The notes under the pieces: model-generated
What the model was told of the DNA's origin: nothing
Seen by the model: the letters and a program-made list of their open reading frames with translations, nothing else
Database searches by the model: none
Assembly (NCBI GenBank): GCA_046582655.1
Contig: JAYGDX010000148.1
Location: 1-58,636, forward strand
Direction: 5' to 3'
From: Candidatus Poribacteria bacterium
GTDB lineage: Bacteria; Poribacteria; WGA-4E; UBA9662
DNA length: 58,636 bases
Translations under genes and position numbers: made by a program
Part shown: one piece after another, positions 32,803 through 42,298 of the stretch
How the letters are laid out: the number at the start of each line of letters is the position of its first letter
How positions within the stretch are numbered: position 1 is the stretch's first letter

Positions 32803-33693
32803 TCAGTTTTTCCTCAGGCCTGGTTGCACACACATTAGAGCATGCCAAAAAGGATGGCTATCCCGACCCATGTTATCAGGTACAATTAGATCTTCACGCT
32901 GACAAAAACTGTGTAAGGTGCGAGTCAGTGGGATTTCGTGCCCTCGTTGCTCGGCTTGGTCGGGAAAGTAATGCAATTCAGGATACTTGACATAGACATA
33001 GTTGCCTTGGTTTTTCTGAACTCGGTTGGCAATCGATTCGAAATGCCGTCGCCACCCTGTTGCTCCATTAATAGCTTGGCAAATGGCTCCGACCTCGATT
33101 CCGCTACCAACACCAAAAGCAATTGCCTCCAAGTAGGCGGCGGCACCCAATCCCATCGCCAACTGGTTAACCCCCTTGACAACCTGCCCCGATCCGCTCG
33201 GCCCACAGTAAACAATTCGTTTTGGATCACCAATCACCGACAATAATGGTAGACATCGGTCAAGCTCCTCACGACAGCCACCTGCAAACATATGCAAATT
33301 CCCGTTTCTAATTCCAACAGGTCCTCCACTAACTGGCACGTCCAGCAGAGTAGCCTCTTTTGTTGTCAAGGCCTCCGCCAGTTGCTAGGTCTGCTGGACG
33401 ACCGTAGTTCCGAAGTCGATAAAGGTTTGTCCCAATTTGGCATGAGGAAGCAATTCGGTTTCTGTCACTGATACCCAAATAGCTGAATCCCTGAGACTGG
33501 TCATAACCAAGTCTACCTTTTTCGCTAAATCAGCAGCACTCCCAGCCTCCGTAGCTCCAGCGGAGACACTTGGTAATAACCGTTCAGCCTTGATGTCATA
33601 AACTGTTAGATCGTAACCCGCGGCTAAGAACTTCAAAGCCATCTCAGAACCCATGGATCCCAGTCCTATCAGGCCTATTTGTTGATCCTTCAT
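32803..33693 (-). pseudogene. NAD(P)-dependent 3-hydroxyisobutyrate/tartronate semialdehyde reductase family gene split by one in-frame TAG
   Basis: IGLIGLGSMG..DFGTT..QQT*QLAEAL..LDVPVSGG..GSGQVVKGVNQ; both ORF-track halves are in one frame, stop at 33385-33387. Confidence 0.85.
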
Positions 33694-33783
33694 TTTATGC
33701 TCTCCTTCTTAGTGGCCAAAAGACCTTTTTGTGTGGTTGGTCCCTCCTAGGAACCTTGTGTCCGTTGAGGTTCTCGCTTTAGC

Positions 33784-34647
33784 TTAATCTTGCCTGCCCG
33801 TCCAGCGCGAATCTGATTCCTTGGGAGGTGGAAGTTGTTTTTTTAGCTGAAGGAAACGTTGCAGGCTTCGCTGGCGTAAGGGACGCGGTGGCAATTCGGA
33901 AATAAGCTTTTTGACATTTGAAATTCGCTCACTTGTCAAGGGATGAGACGAAATTAACTTTTGTATTTGGGTTGAGATCTGGCTATCCTTTTGATCTTTT
34001 TGCCGTTGCAATTTATCGAAAAACTTAACTATCCCGCTGGGGTTTAATTCTGCTGCGTAAGTAATTTCAACCGCATTGCGATCGGCTTCACGCTCAGCAT
34101 CACGGCTGTATTTCATCAATACTCCACTTAAGGTAATCTGAGAGATAATTTCTTGTATTTTATCGGGATCCTCACCAAAAATAAGTTGTGAAATCATGAC
34201 CATTCCCATCTGTTTAGTCAACTGCTTCATTCCATGCCTTTCGACAACATGTCCAATTTCGTGAGCTATGACACCTGCCAACTCAGATTCAGTTTCCGAA
34301 ATACGGAGCAGTCCTACGTTAACGTAGACATGCCCTCCTGGAATTGCGAAAGCATTTACTTCTTCAGAGCTAACGATTTTGAAAGTATAAGCAATATTAT
34401 GACGTTTTGAGTGGCTTACTAGGAGTTGGCCAAGTTCCTGAATATAGGAATTTAAATCAGCATCATCATTGATATCTAGATCTTTCTCTATCTCGTTTGC
34501 GAATTGTTCGCCGAGGTCAGCCTCTTCTTGATCGGAAAAAATGTTTATATCACTTAGACCTCCAATACACCCGATCAATACCAGCTGACTAAGAAAAAAG
34601 ACCCAACAGGAAAAATGATGTGCGATTCTATACTGATTTTGTGTCAT
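33784..34647 (-). CDS. M48 family Zn metallopeptidase (lipoprotein)
   Basis: VNAFAIPGG, ELAGVIAHEIGH, YSRDAEREAD, SSHP..ERI; lipobox LIGC. Confidence 0.92.
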   Translation of the reverse strand: MTQNQYRIAHHFSCWVFFLSQLVLIGCIGGLSDINIFSDQEEADLGEQFANEIEKDLDINDDADLNSYIQELGQLLVSHSKRHNIAYTFKIVSSEEVNAFAIPGGHVYVNVGLLRISETESELAGVIAHEIGHVVERHGMKQLTKQMGMVMISQLIFGEDPDKIQEIISQITLSGVLMKYSRDAEREADRNAVEITYAAELNPSGIVKFFDKLQRQKDQKDSQISTQIQKLISSHPLTSERISNVKKLISELPPRPLRQRSLQRFLQLKKQLPPPKESDSRWTGRQD

Positions 34648-35588
34648 CGATGATCAATTTTTGCCGCATCTGTTAAAATTTGGTTGATAAGTTGATTGTA
34701 AGAAATCCCTGCAGCTTTTGCTTGAGCAGGAAGATCGCTGAGTTCAGTTAACCCCGGCAGTGTATTAATCTCGATAACATAAGGTTGACCGAATTCGTCA
34801 ACCAACATATCAACGCGGGAGAAACCACGACAACCTATTGATCTATGGACATTAAGCGCAATTTCCTGAACTAGTTCAGTAGTCGTCTTCGATAACCTGG
34901 CAGGTATGATAAATTCCGTCATTCCGGCAGTGTATTTGGCTTCATAATCGTAAAAATTGCGTTTGGGTACCAGCTCTAAAACAGGGAGTGCGCGGAGTTC
35001 CTTTCCAATACCAAGCAAGCCAACGGTAATTTCCATCCCGGAAATATGCTGCTCGAAAAAGATTTCTCCAAACTCTTTTGCTGTTTGAGTGGCTATCCGT
35101 TGTAGATTAGAAACGTTATCTACCATTGAAATTCCAATAGATGATCCCTCTGTTTTTGGCTTGACAACAACAGGTAGCCCAAGTTGATTAGCAGCTGTTT
35201 GGCACTGAGTTGCTGTGTCTTGATTCGGATCGAACGAAAAGGATTTCGGCATCGGAATATTTGCGGTTTCAAAAATTTGTTTAGCCATAATTTTATTCAT
35301 CGCAATCGCACTTGTTAGTATGCCAGAACCGGTGTAGGGGATTCCAAAACTCTCCAGCACACCCTGAATTGTCCCATCTTCATAACCCTTTCCGTGAAGT
35401 GCTAAAAAGGCAATATCAATCTCCGCTGACAAAAGTCGATTCAGCCAGTCTGAGTCAATGGGATCAATGGTAACGACAGCGAATTCTTGAGCCTCCAAAG
35501 CCCCGATTACACGAGCACCGGATCTTAGTGAGACTTCTCGTTCAGCAGATTTTCCGCCCATCAATACTGCAACTCGTTTACCGAACAT
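34644..35588 (-). CDS. ddl: D-alanine--D-alanine ligase
   Basis: GGKSAEREVSLRSG, LHGKGYEDG, EGSSIG, YDYEAKY, EINTLPG. Confidence 0.95.
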   Translation of the reverse strand: MFGKRVAVLMGGKSAEREVSLRSGARVIGALEAQEFAVVTIDPIDSDWLNRLLSAEIDIAFLALHGKGYEDGTIQGVLESFGIPYTGSGILTSAIAMNKIMAKQIFETANIPMPKSFSFDPNQDTATQCQTAANQLGLPVVVKPKTEGSSIGISMVDNVSNLQRIATQTAKEFGEIFFEQHISGMEITVGLLGIGKELRALPVLELVPKRNFYDYEAKYTAGMTEFIIPARLSKTTTELVQEIALNVHRSIGCRGFSRVDMLVDEFGQPYVIEINTLPGLTELSDLPAQAKAAGISYNQLINQILTDAAKIDHR

Positions 35589-35820
35589 AAAACCTCAATT
35601 CACTTCTAGTTTTCAGGTCCCAATAATTTACCAGCGTCGGTGATTAAAATCCACTGATGGTGATTATTTGATCGTTCCAATGGGATTCTACAATAGCCAC
35701 ACAAGTCCACATATGCTCTTTGCTACTACCTCCATCGAGTATCTTTGTTAACTGTGGACTAAAAGTATAAACAGTCCAACCTCTCAGTGAGTATTTATAA
35801 AGCTCCTCTTATCATCAAAA

Positions 35821-36690
35821 TCAAATAACACCCACTTGTCGTAAATCGTTTAAAAAGAAACGATCCATCGTGTTTTGATTATGACAACGGATGTAAGTAA
35901 TCCCGCGATTCAGACAAAACTGTGCAAATTGATAACAAAAATCAGAAAACCTCTTTTTATAATCTTCCATGACCTGATCTGTGACAGTAATTTCCTTTGT
36001 TCGTCCCGTCTCAACATCCTCAAGCCTTAGATCCCCACTAAACTGAGGATTGAGTTCCTCTTCGCTTATGACATGTATAACATAAACTTCAAAGTTACGC
36101 GAAACGAGATACTTCAAGCTGTTTTTATAGCTACTTGGATCTAGAAAATCGGAGATAAGAAAGACAATACCACTTTTCCTATTCAGGCTAGCAAACCGAC
36201 GAACATTTGTGTTCAGGTCGGTTGTTTTACCTATTTCAATAGAACTAAGTGCCGTCTCAACTTTATGGAAACTCCTGTCGCCAGCAATAAATGAAAATAT
36301 TTGTCTCAATTGGTCAGAAAGTGTGTAGATAGCGATCAAATCAAAATTGGCTAAGGCAATACTGCTTAGCCCTGCCGAAATCTGCTTAGCCGCATTAAGT
36401 TTGGTTGGATTTCCAAAATCCATAGATCGACTATTATCCACTAAAACTGATATCTGCAGATTCTTGTCAGCATTGAACTGCTTAAGAAAGAGACGGTCCG
36501 AGCGGGCATAAACGTTCCAATCCACATCCCGCAGATCATCACCGATTTCATACGGTCGATAATCGGTAAATTCAATGCCCACACCTCGATCCAGGCTTCG
36601 TCGATTGCCTTTAAAAGCACCGTGAAAAGATCTTGGCGATCTAATACTAAATTGGCGTAGTTGTCGTCTAAGCGCCGGGGAAAGCATCAC
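35821..36690 (-). CDS. DUF58 domain protein (MoxR-associated, VWA-like)
   Basis: GIEFTDYRPYEIGDDLRDVDWNVYAR, VDNSRSMDFG, ISDFLD, DVETG. Confidence 0.9.
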   Translation of the reverse strand: MMLSPALRRQLRQFSIRSPRSFHGAFKGNRRSLDRGVGIEFTDYRPYEIGDDLRDVDWNVYARSDRLFLKQFNADKNLQISVLVDNSRSMDFGNPTKLNAAKQISAGLSSIALANFDLIAIYTLSDQLRQIFSFIAGDRSFHKVETALSSIEIGKTTDLNTNVRRFASLNRKSGIVFLISDFLDPSSYKNSLKYLVSRNFEVYVIHVISEEELNPQFSGDLRLEDVETGRTKEITVTDQVMEDYKKRFSDFCYQFAQFCLNRGITYIRCHNQNTMDRFFLNDLRQVGVI

Positions 36691-37774
36691 GTAGGTCCTT
36701 TTTTTCGGACACATCAATTATTGGATTGACCAATTTTTCCGAACCGAACCGGATAACATCCGTAGTGGGTAAACCAGTCTCTGCTTCTACTAACTCAACA
36801 GCTTCAAGTGCTTGGTCAGACATCAAATCGAAAGTATTGAGAGAGACACCTATGATTTTGGCTGGCTTTATCGGATAAACCAGCGCTTCATATTGGTTAA
36901 TCATTTCACCTAGAGGCGGAAACTTAATTGTGTGTCGTGCAACTTGCATTCGTGTTGGCTGATGGCAAAAAATCATTGCGTCCGGTTGTGATCCATGTAG
37001 CAGGCTGAGGGTAACACCAGAGTATCCGGGATGAACCAGAGAACCCTGACCTTCGACAACCAAAACATCGTTATCTCGGGCGCCTTGTAGAACTATAGTT
37101 TCTGCTGCTCCTGCAGTAAAGTCGGAGATAACCGCGTCGATGGCAATCCCCCAACCTGAGACCATGATACCGTTTTGACCAGTAGCGCAAAATATCGCCT
37201 TCTTGTCCGCTGATCTCAGTCCGTTGGTTAGCTCTATAGCAGTAACCATTTTTCCCGTCCGACAGTCAGATCCGACAGTCAGTATAATAGTTGATGATAT
37301 TCCTGATGCTTGACAGGTTCCGATTGGCAGATTCTCCGGTGGTTTACGCACATCCCACAAGATAACACCATGTTTTGCTGCTAGATTAGAAAGTCCAACG
37401 TCATCGGATAAAAAATGATGCATTCCGCTCACAATGTGCAAACCGTTTGAGATTGCTTCAACCAAGACCGGACGCCAATTAAGGGGTAACTCCCCACCTG
37501 GTGGAGCAATACCAACGGCTAACAATGTTGGATTATACGACATTGCTTCATGGAGATTCGCAACTACCGGAATACCTTCACCTATGCCAATAACCTCGCT
37601 TGCCGATTTACCTGCTTTAATACTGTCGATAACTGCGACAATATTCCGAGCGTGATAGCGAATCAACACTGTTGCGGCCTTCGATTCAAGCACACTAAAC
37701 GATTCTTCCGCCAGAATTACTATTTTTTGCTCTGTTACTTTTAGATTTTCCTGCATACTGTGAAAAATATCCAC
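36668..37774 (-). CDS. DUF1611 family P-loop protein (DgcN-like)
   Basis: GIAPPGG, SGMH, VGSDCRTGKM, ATGQNGI, DFTAGA, EGQGSLVHPGYS..LLHGSQP. Confidence 0.88.
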   Translation of the reverse strand: MDIFHSMQENLKVTEQKIVILAEESFSVLESKAATVLIRYHARNIVAVIDSIKAGKSASEVIGIGEGIPVVANLHEAMSYNPTLLAVGIAPPGGELPLNWRPVLVEAISNGLHIVSGMHHFLSDDVGLSNLAAKHGVILWDVRKPPENLPIGTCQASGISSTIILTVGSDCRTGKMVTAIELTNGLRSADKKAIFCATGQNGIMVSGWGIAIDAVISDFTAGAAETIVLQGARDNDVLVVEGQGSLVHPGYSGVTLSLLHGSQPDAMIFCHQPTRMQVARHTIKFPPLGEMINQYEALVYPIKPAKIIGVSLNTFDLMSDQALEAVELVEAETGLPTTDVIRFGSEKLVNPIIDVSEKKDLRDAFPGA

Positions 37775-37872
37775 CGATGTTTAATCTCACTCCAATTCAT
37801 GTCAGGTAAAGCTGTTTTCTAAACTGAAATCTATCATTTGTCATTATAACATACAAGCTGTGACAGCTTCAC

Positions 37873-37901
37873 TTGACATCAGTATTTTCAAGTGTTATGC
37901 T
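37873..37901 (+). promoter_or_regulatory. Putative sigma-70 promoter of ychF overlapped by an inverted repeat
   Basis: TTGACA-N17-TATGCT with TG extension; CACTTGA-N11-TCAAGTG. Confidence 0.6.
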
Positions 37902-37939
37902 CTGCCTAGTCCCAACCGAAAATAGGCAGAACTCAGATC

Positions 37940-39034
37940 ATGAAAATCGGCATTGTCGGTTTACCGTATGTTGGTAAAACTTCGATCTTTAATGCCCTAA
38001 CGGGGGCAGAAGCTGAAATTGGTTCTTACACCTCAGGTTCCAAAGCCAATATTAAGTCAGTTACTGTACCCGATGAACGCCTGGACGTGTTGACCGAGGT
38101 CTTCCAAGCCAAAAAAATCACACCTACAACCATTGAGTATACAGATATCGTCGGCATGTCCAAAGGTGATATAGATCGTGGTAGTTTTGAAGCCAGCATA
38201 ATTGCTGATCTGCGTGAAGTCGATGCTCTAGCACACGTTGTCAGGTTCTTTGAAGACAACGCAGTTCCGCATGTGGACGGTGATGTTAATCCGATGAGAG
38301 ATATCGAAACCATTGATCTGGAGCTAACATTCGCAGATTTACAGATTATTGATAGAAGGCTTGAACGTTTGGAAAGGGAATTGCGCACAAAGCGTGATAG
38401 GGCGCTCGAGCATCAACAAAATGTGCTGAAAACATGCAAGAATGCGCTTGAAAATGGAATTGCAATTCGTGAACTCGAAATTTCCGGCGAGGACGAGAAA
38501 ACAATACGCGGTTACCAGTTCCTCACTCAAAAACCAATGTTAATTATTTGTAATATTGATGAAGATCAGGTCAACCAATCAGATCAAATCATTAGGTGCC
38601 ATATAGAGCGCCATACCAAAAAGCTGAGTACAGAAATTTTCGTCCTATCAGCCAAGTTAGAGATGGAGATCATACAACTCGATTCCACAGAAGCAAGTGT
38701 CTTCTTGGAAGAGATGGGACTTCAAGAATCTGCGCTTAATCGTTTTATTCAAATATCCTATCAACTACTTGGACTGATTACCTTCTTTACCTGCACTGGC
38801 ATGGATGAGTTGCGGGCATGGACAATACAGCGCGGGATGACAGCCATCGATGCAGCGGGCTCGATTCATACCGATATGGCTCAGGGGTTTATTCGGGCTG
38901 AAACCATACACTGGAGTGAGTTAGTTGAAGTTGAAAGTCTGATAAAGGCAAAAGAAAAAGGCCTGCTCCGTCTTGAAGGAAAAGGCTATCTCGTCCAAGA
39001 TGGAGATATCTTGACGATACGTTTCAGTGTCTAA
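37940..39034 (+). CDS. ychF: Redox-regulated ATPase YchF (Obg family)
   Basis: GIVGLPYVGKTS.FNALT, VPDERL, AGSIHTD..GFIRAE, LEGK.Y.VQDGD. Confidence 0.95.
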   Translation: MKIGIVGLPYVGKTSIFNALTGAEAEIGSYTSGSKANIKSVTVPDERLDVLTEVFQAKKITPTTIEYTDIVGMSKGDIDRGSFEASIIADLREVDALAHVVRFFEDNAVPHVDGDVNPMRDIETIDLELTFADLQIIDRRLERLERELRTKRDRALEHQQNVLKTCKNALENGIAIRELEISGEDEKTIRGYQFLTQKPMLIICNIDEDQVNQSDQIIRCHIERHTKKLSTEIFVLSAKLEMEIIQLDSTEASVFLEEMGLQESALNRFIQISYQLLGLITFFTCTGMDELRAWTIQRGMTAIDAAGSIHTDMAQGFIRAETIHWSELVEVESLIKAKEKGLLRLEGKGYLVQDGDILTIRFSV

Positions 39035-39043
39035 TCTAATGTT

Positions 39044-41005
39044 ATGTTTATTGTCGGTTTAAAACCTAAGCATCATCTAACTTGTATACTCGTTTCAATA
39101 CTAATACCATTTAATATTTTAATGAATGGTTGTAACTCTCAGCAGGGGCAAAAACCAAAATTTGGTCGCTGGGAAATTGTGCGACAAGCAGACTGGAAGA
39201 CGCGTTTCTATGATGTTTTCTTCATTGACCACCAAACTGGTTGGGCAGTTGGAAACAATGAAGGCAATTCAATCAATGAAGAATTCGACAGTGTTATTGC
39301 CCACACCTCGGATGGTGGGCAGCATTGGATTCCTCAAGAAAGTGGAACACTCTATCCATTACGTAAAGTATGGTTTATTGATAGTCGAAATGGGTGGATC
39401 ATTGGTGAAAACGGCACTATCCTTAAGACCAACGATGGTGGTAATCACTGGCACCCACAAGAGTCTAATACTTTAAATAATCTATTTGATTTGCATTTTT
39501 TTACAGATAAAGAGGGATGGATTATTGGTGATTATAGTACTATACTCCGTACTAAGGATGGCGGAATAACATGGGTTGATCAGGCATCTCCTTTCAAGGA
39601 TGCTTCATTGCGAGGCCTGCATTTTCTTAATCAGCGTCATGGATGGATTGTTACTTATGAAGGTAACATTTACGTCACCATCGATGGTGGCCACAGTTGG
39701 ACAAATCAAAAGACCAACATACGTTACGAATTGTCAGATGTCTATTTTGTGGATGAAAATATCGGTTGGATCGTCGGTGATAAACGAACAGTATTACGAA
39801 CAACGGACGGCGGTATTCACTGGAACTATATAACAGAAGGATCGAACCAAAGGCATGAGACAAGTTATGGGCAAAAAGTGAAAACTGGTGACGAGCCGTT
39901 GCACAGTTTTATCCTTTTCGATCTATGTTTCGCCGACCAGGAAAACGGCTGGATTGTTGGTGATATGGGCGCATTGCTCTATACGACAGACGGTGGAATA
40001 ACATGGCGACACCAGCGCGGTGGAGCAACACAACTACCGGGAGGTGATGTGGTGTTACAGGGGGTGCATTTTGTCGACCAGAAAACCGGTTGGGTCGTTG
40101 GTGAGGCAGGCACGATTCTCCATACCGGAAACGGTGGTAAAACTTGGGAATTCCAATCATCACCGAGCTATTTGCTTTCTGGTGTGCATTTTTCCACGTC
40201 GGAAGTCGGCTACGTTGTCGGTGATCGAGGTGAAATATTATTTACAGATGACGGTGGCTCCAGTTGGACATCTCAAGACAGTGGTATCATGGAGTGTTGC
40301 GGAGCTACATATTTTGTAACTCCGAAGATTGGATGGGCGGTTGCTGAATGGGGTACCATCATACATACAAAAGATGGGGGAAAAACATGGTGGCCTCAAA
40401 AAACTGATTCTTCAAAGGCTTTGCTTGATATATTTTTTATCGATCGGGATACGGGATGGGTAATTGGTAATAACGGAGAAATTCTATCTACCAACAATGG
40501 TGGTAAAACTTGGGAATATCAAGATAATACAACAAATCGAGATCTCTTTGGTGTTCACTTTATTGATTCCAAAACCGGTTGGATTGTTGGTGATGGTGGG
40601 ATACTCCTGCATACTAATGATGGAGGAGACAACTGGAGGTTACAGTATCATTTTGGAGAACAGTGGCTAGCTGATGTTTTTTTTGTCGACTATCTCCATG
40701 GTTGGATTTGCGGAGTCAGTGGTCTGATCTATCACACATCGGATAGTGGCCGAACTTGGACAAGGCAAAAAAGTCATCAAGATAATTCCCTTAACGGCCT
40801 TTTTTTTATCAATCCTAATGAAGGATGGGTTGTCGGTGGTCACGGCACGGTTTTGCATACAATCGACGGTGGAAAGGTTTGGCGTCCACAGCAATGTGAG
40901 ACGCAGTTTAACCTTAATGCAGTTCATATGGCGAGTCCGGAACTAGGGTGGATTATCGGTGACCTTGGGACTATTTTAAGACACATGGTTATTGACCCAA
41001 TATAG
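39044..41005 (+). CDS. YCF48-like BNR-repeat beta-propeller lipoprotein
   Basis: About 14 repeats of L..V.F.D...GW.VG..G.IL.T.DGG..W; lipobox MNGC. Confidence 0.88.
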   Translation: MFIVGLKPKHHLTCILVSILIPFNILMNGCNSQQGQKPKFGRWEIVRQADWKTRFYDVFFIDHQTGWAVGNNEGNSINEEFDSVIAHTSDGGQHWIPQESGTLYPLRKVWFIDSRNGWIIGENGTILKTNDGGNHWHPQESNTLNNLFDLHFFTDKEGWIIGDYSTILRTKDGGITWVDQASPFKDASLRGLHFLNQRHGWIVTYEGNIYVTIDGGHSWTNQKTNIRYELSDVYFVDENIGWIVGDKRTVLRTTDGGIHWNYITEGSNQRHETSYGQKVKTGDEPLHSFILFDLCFADQENGWIVGDMGALLYTTDGGITWRHQRGGATQLPGGDVVLQGVHFVDQKTGWVVGEAGTILHTGNGGKTWEFQSSPSYLLSGVHFSTSEVGYVVGDRGEILFTDDGGSSWTSQDSGIMECCGATYFVTPKIGWAVAEWGTIIHTKDGGKTWWPQKTDSSKALLDIFFIDRDTGWVIGNNGEILSTNNGGKTWEYQDNTTNRDLFGVHFIDSKTGWIVGDGGILLHTNDGGDNWRLQYHFGEQWLADVFFVDYLHGWICGVSGLIYHTSDSGRTWTRQKSHQDNSLNGLFFINPNEGWVVGGHGTVLHTIDGGKVWRPQQCETQFNLNAVHMASPELGWIIGDLGTILRHMVIDPI

Positions 41006-41063
41006 ATCCCACCTCGCAAACACCATTTCATGTGATACAATTATTTATAATAAGAGGGAGTTG

Positions 41064-41690
41064 ATGGATACCAACACAAATGATACGCGTACAAATATTG
41101 TCAACCTGCTGAAGATAAACGGCAAGATGACGATTAATGAAGTTTCTGCACAACTCGATATGAGTTCAATGGGAGTACGCCAGCATTTGGGAAGGCTTGA
41201 AAGAGATGGTTTAGTTGAATATTATCGCCAAAAATCCAATCGCGGCAGGCCAAAATATATTTACACTTTAACGGATCAGGCAAAAGAAATTTTCCCGGAA
41301 TCGTACAAAAGTTTCGCTATGGAGATCTTAGAAGAAGCCGAAGATATTGGAGGTGAAGACTTAGTAAATCAGTTGCTTGAACAGCGTATGGAATCACAAA
41401 TTCAAAGCTATGAAAAACGCCTTCAGGGCAAAAACTTGGACAAAAAGATAGAGGAACTGGCAGAGATTCGCAACGAAGAAGGTTACATGGCAAACATCAG
41501 CAAGAATGGAGATGATTATGCTTTGGTTGAGTATCATTGTCCTATATCCATGATTGCCCAAAAATATCCGTACTTGTGTGAAACTGAGAGGGAGCTTTTT
41601 CAAAGGACCCTTGGGGTCGAAATTAAGCGTGAACATCATCTTATATGTGGAAGCCATAAGTGCAGTTATCATATCCAAGCACAGATGTAA
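41064..41690 (+). CDS. SufR-like winged-HTH Fe-S-sensing transcriptional regulator (paralog 1)
   Basis: VRQHL.RLE, RGRP..IY.LT, EEGYMA, C-X12-C-X27-C; start re-called to ATG 41064 after GAGGGAG. Confidence 0.85.
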   Translation: MDTNTNDTRTNIVNLLKINGKMTINEVSAQLDMSSMGVRQHLGRLERDGLVEYYRQKSNRGRPKYIYTLTDQAKEIFPESYKSFAMEILEEAEDIGGEDLVNQLLEQRMESQIQSYEKRLQGKNLDKKIEELAEIRNEEGYMANISKNGDDYALVEYHCPISMIAQKYPYLCETERELFQRTLGVEIKREHHLICGSHKCSYHIQAQM

Positions 41691-41703
41691 ACATTAGAAA
41701 CAA

Positions 41704-42297
41704 ATGAAAAAACAGGACGACAATTCTTCCCAAAATCGACGTATGTTTTTCCAGTCCGCTCTTCTCAAAATCGCTGAGCCGATCTCAGAGTTTCTGAATA
41801 CTCCCCTTCAGCAAGTCAACCAAACTGAGGACTTTTTTCTGCGTCCTCCCGGTTCTTTATCAGAACACGAGTTCTTGAAAGCTTGTCATCGCTGTAATTA
41901 TTGTGTCGATGCCTGTCCGGCAGATGCTATTTTGCCATTGCAACACGAGGATATAAATCTGAGAGGAACACCCGCCATTGATTCAAATCACCAGCCATGT
42001 GTTGTTTGCTCTTCACTTGTTTGTATGACTGTTTGTCCAAGCGGTGCACTTCAGCCAGTAGAAGTCCATGAAATTGCTATTGGTTTAGCGGAAGTTAATC
42101 ATGGTCTGTGTTTAAATTCTCAGGGAATTAATTGCCGGCATTGTATTGAAATGTGCCCAATTGGTGAAGATGCAATTCAACGAGACTCTCAAAACAGAAT
42201 CAAGGTTGACCCCGAAGGATGTATAGGGTGCGGTGTTTGTCAGTATGAGTGTCCCACCGACCCAAAATCGATCGTTGTGAAACCGCTTGCCACTTAA
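41704..42297 (+). CDS. MauM/NapG/NapF-type poly-[4Fe-4S] ferredoxin
   Basis: NRRMFF, LRPPG, four Cys clusters (CHRCNYCVDACP, CVVC..CMTVCP, CRHCIEMCP, CIGCGVCQYECP). Confidence 0.9.
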   Translation: MKKQDDNSSQNRRMFFQSALLKIAEPISEFLNTPLQQVNQTEDFFLRPPGSLSEHEFLKACHRCNYCVDACPADAILPLQHEDINLRGTPAIDSNHQPCVVCSSLVCMTVCPSGALQPVEVHEIAIGLAEVNHGLCLNSQGINCRHCIEMCPIGEDAIQRDSQNRIKVDPEGCIGCGVCQYECPTDPKSIVVKPLAT

Positions 42298-42298
42298 G

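Noticed and set aside
19971..33693. Genome-wide TAG recoding (alternative code or pyrrolysine)
   Set aside because: TAG ends intact genes here (typA, gspF, gspJ), several TAG-bearing genes also have frameshifts or TAA, and no pyl genes are in the window.
39044..41005. YCF48 as evidence of photosynthesis
   Set aside because: BNR-repeat propellers are widespread in non-phototrophs; no photosystem genes are present.
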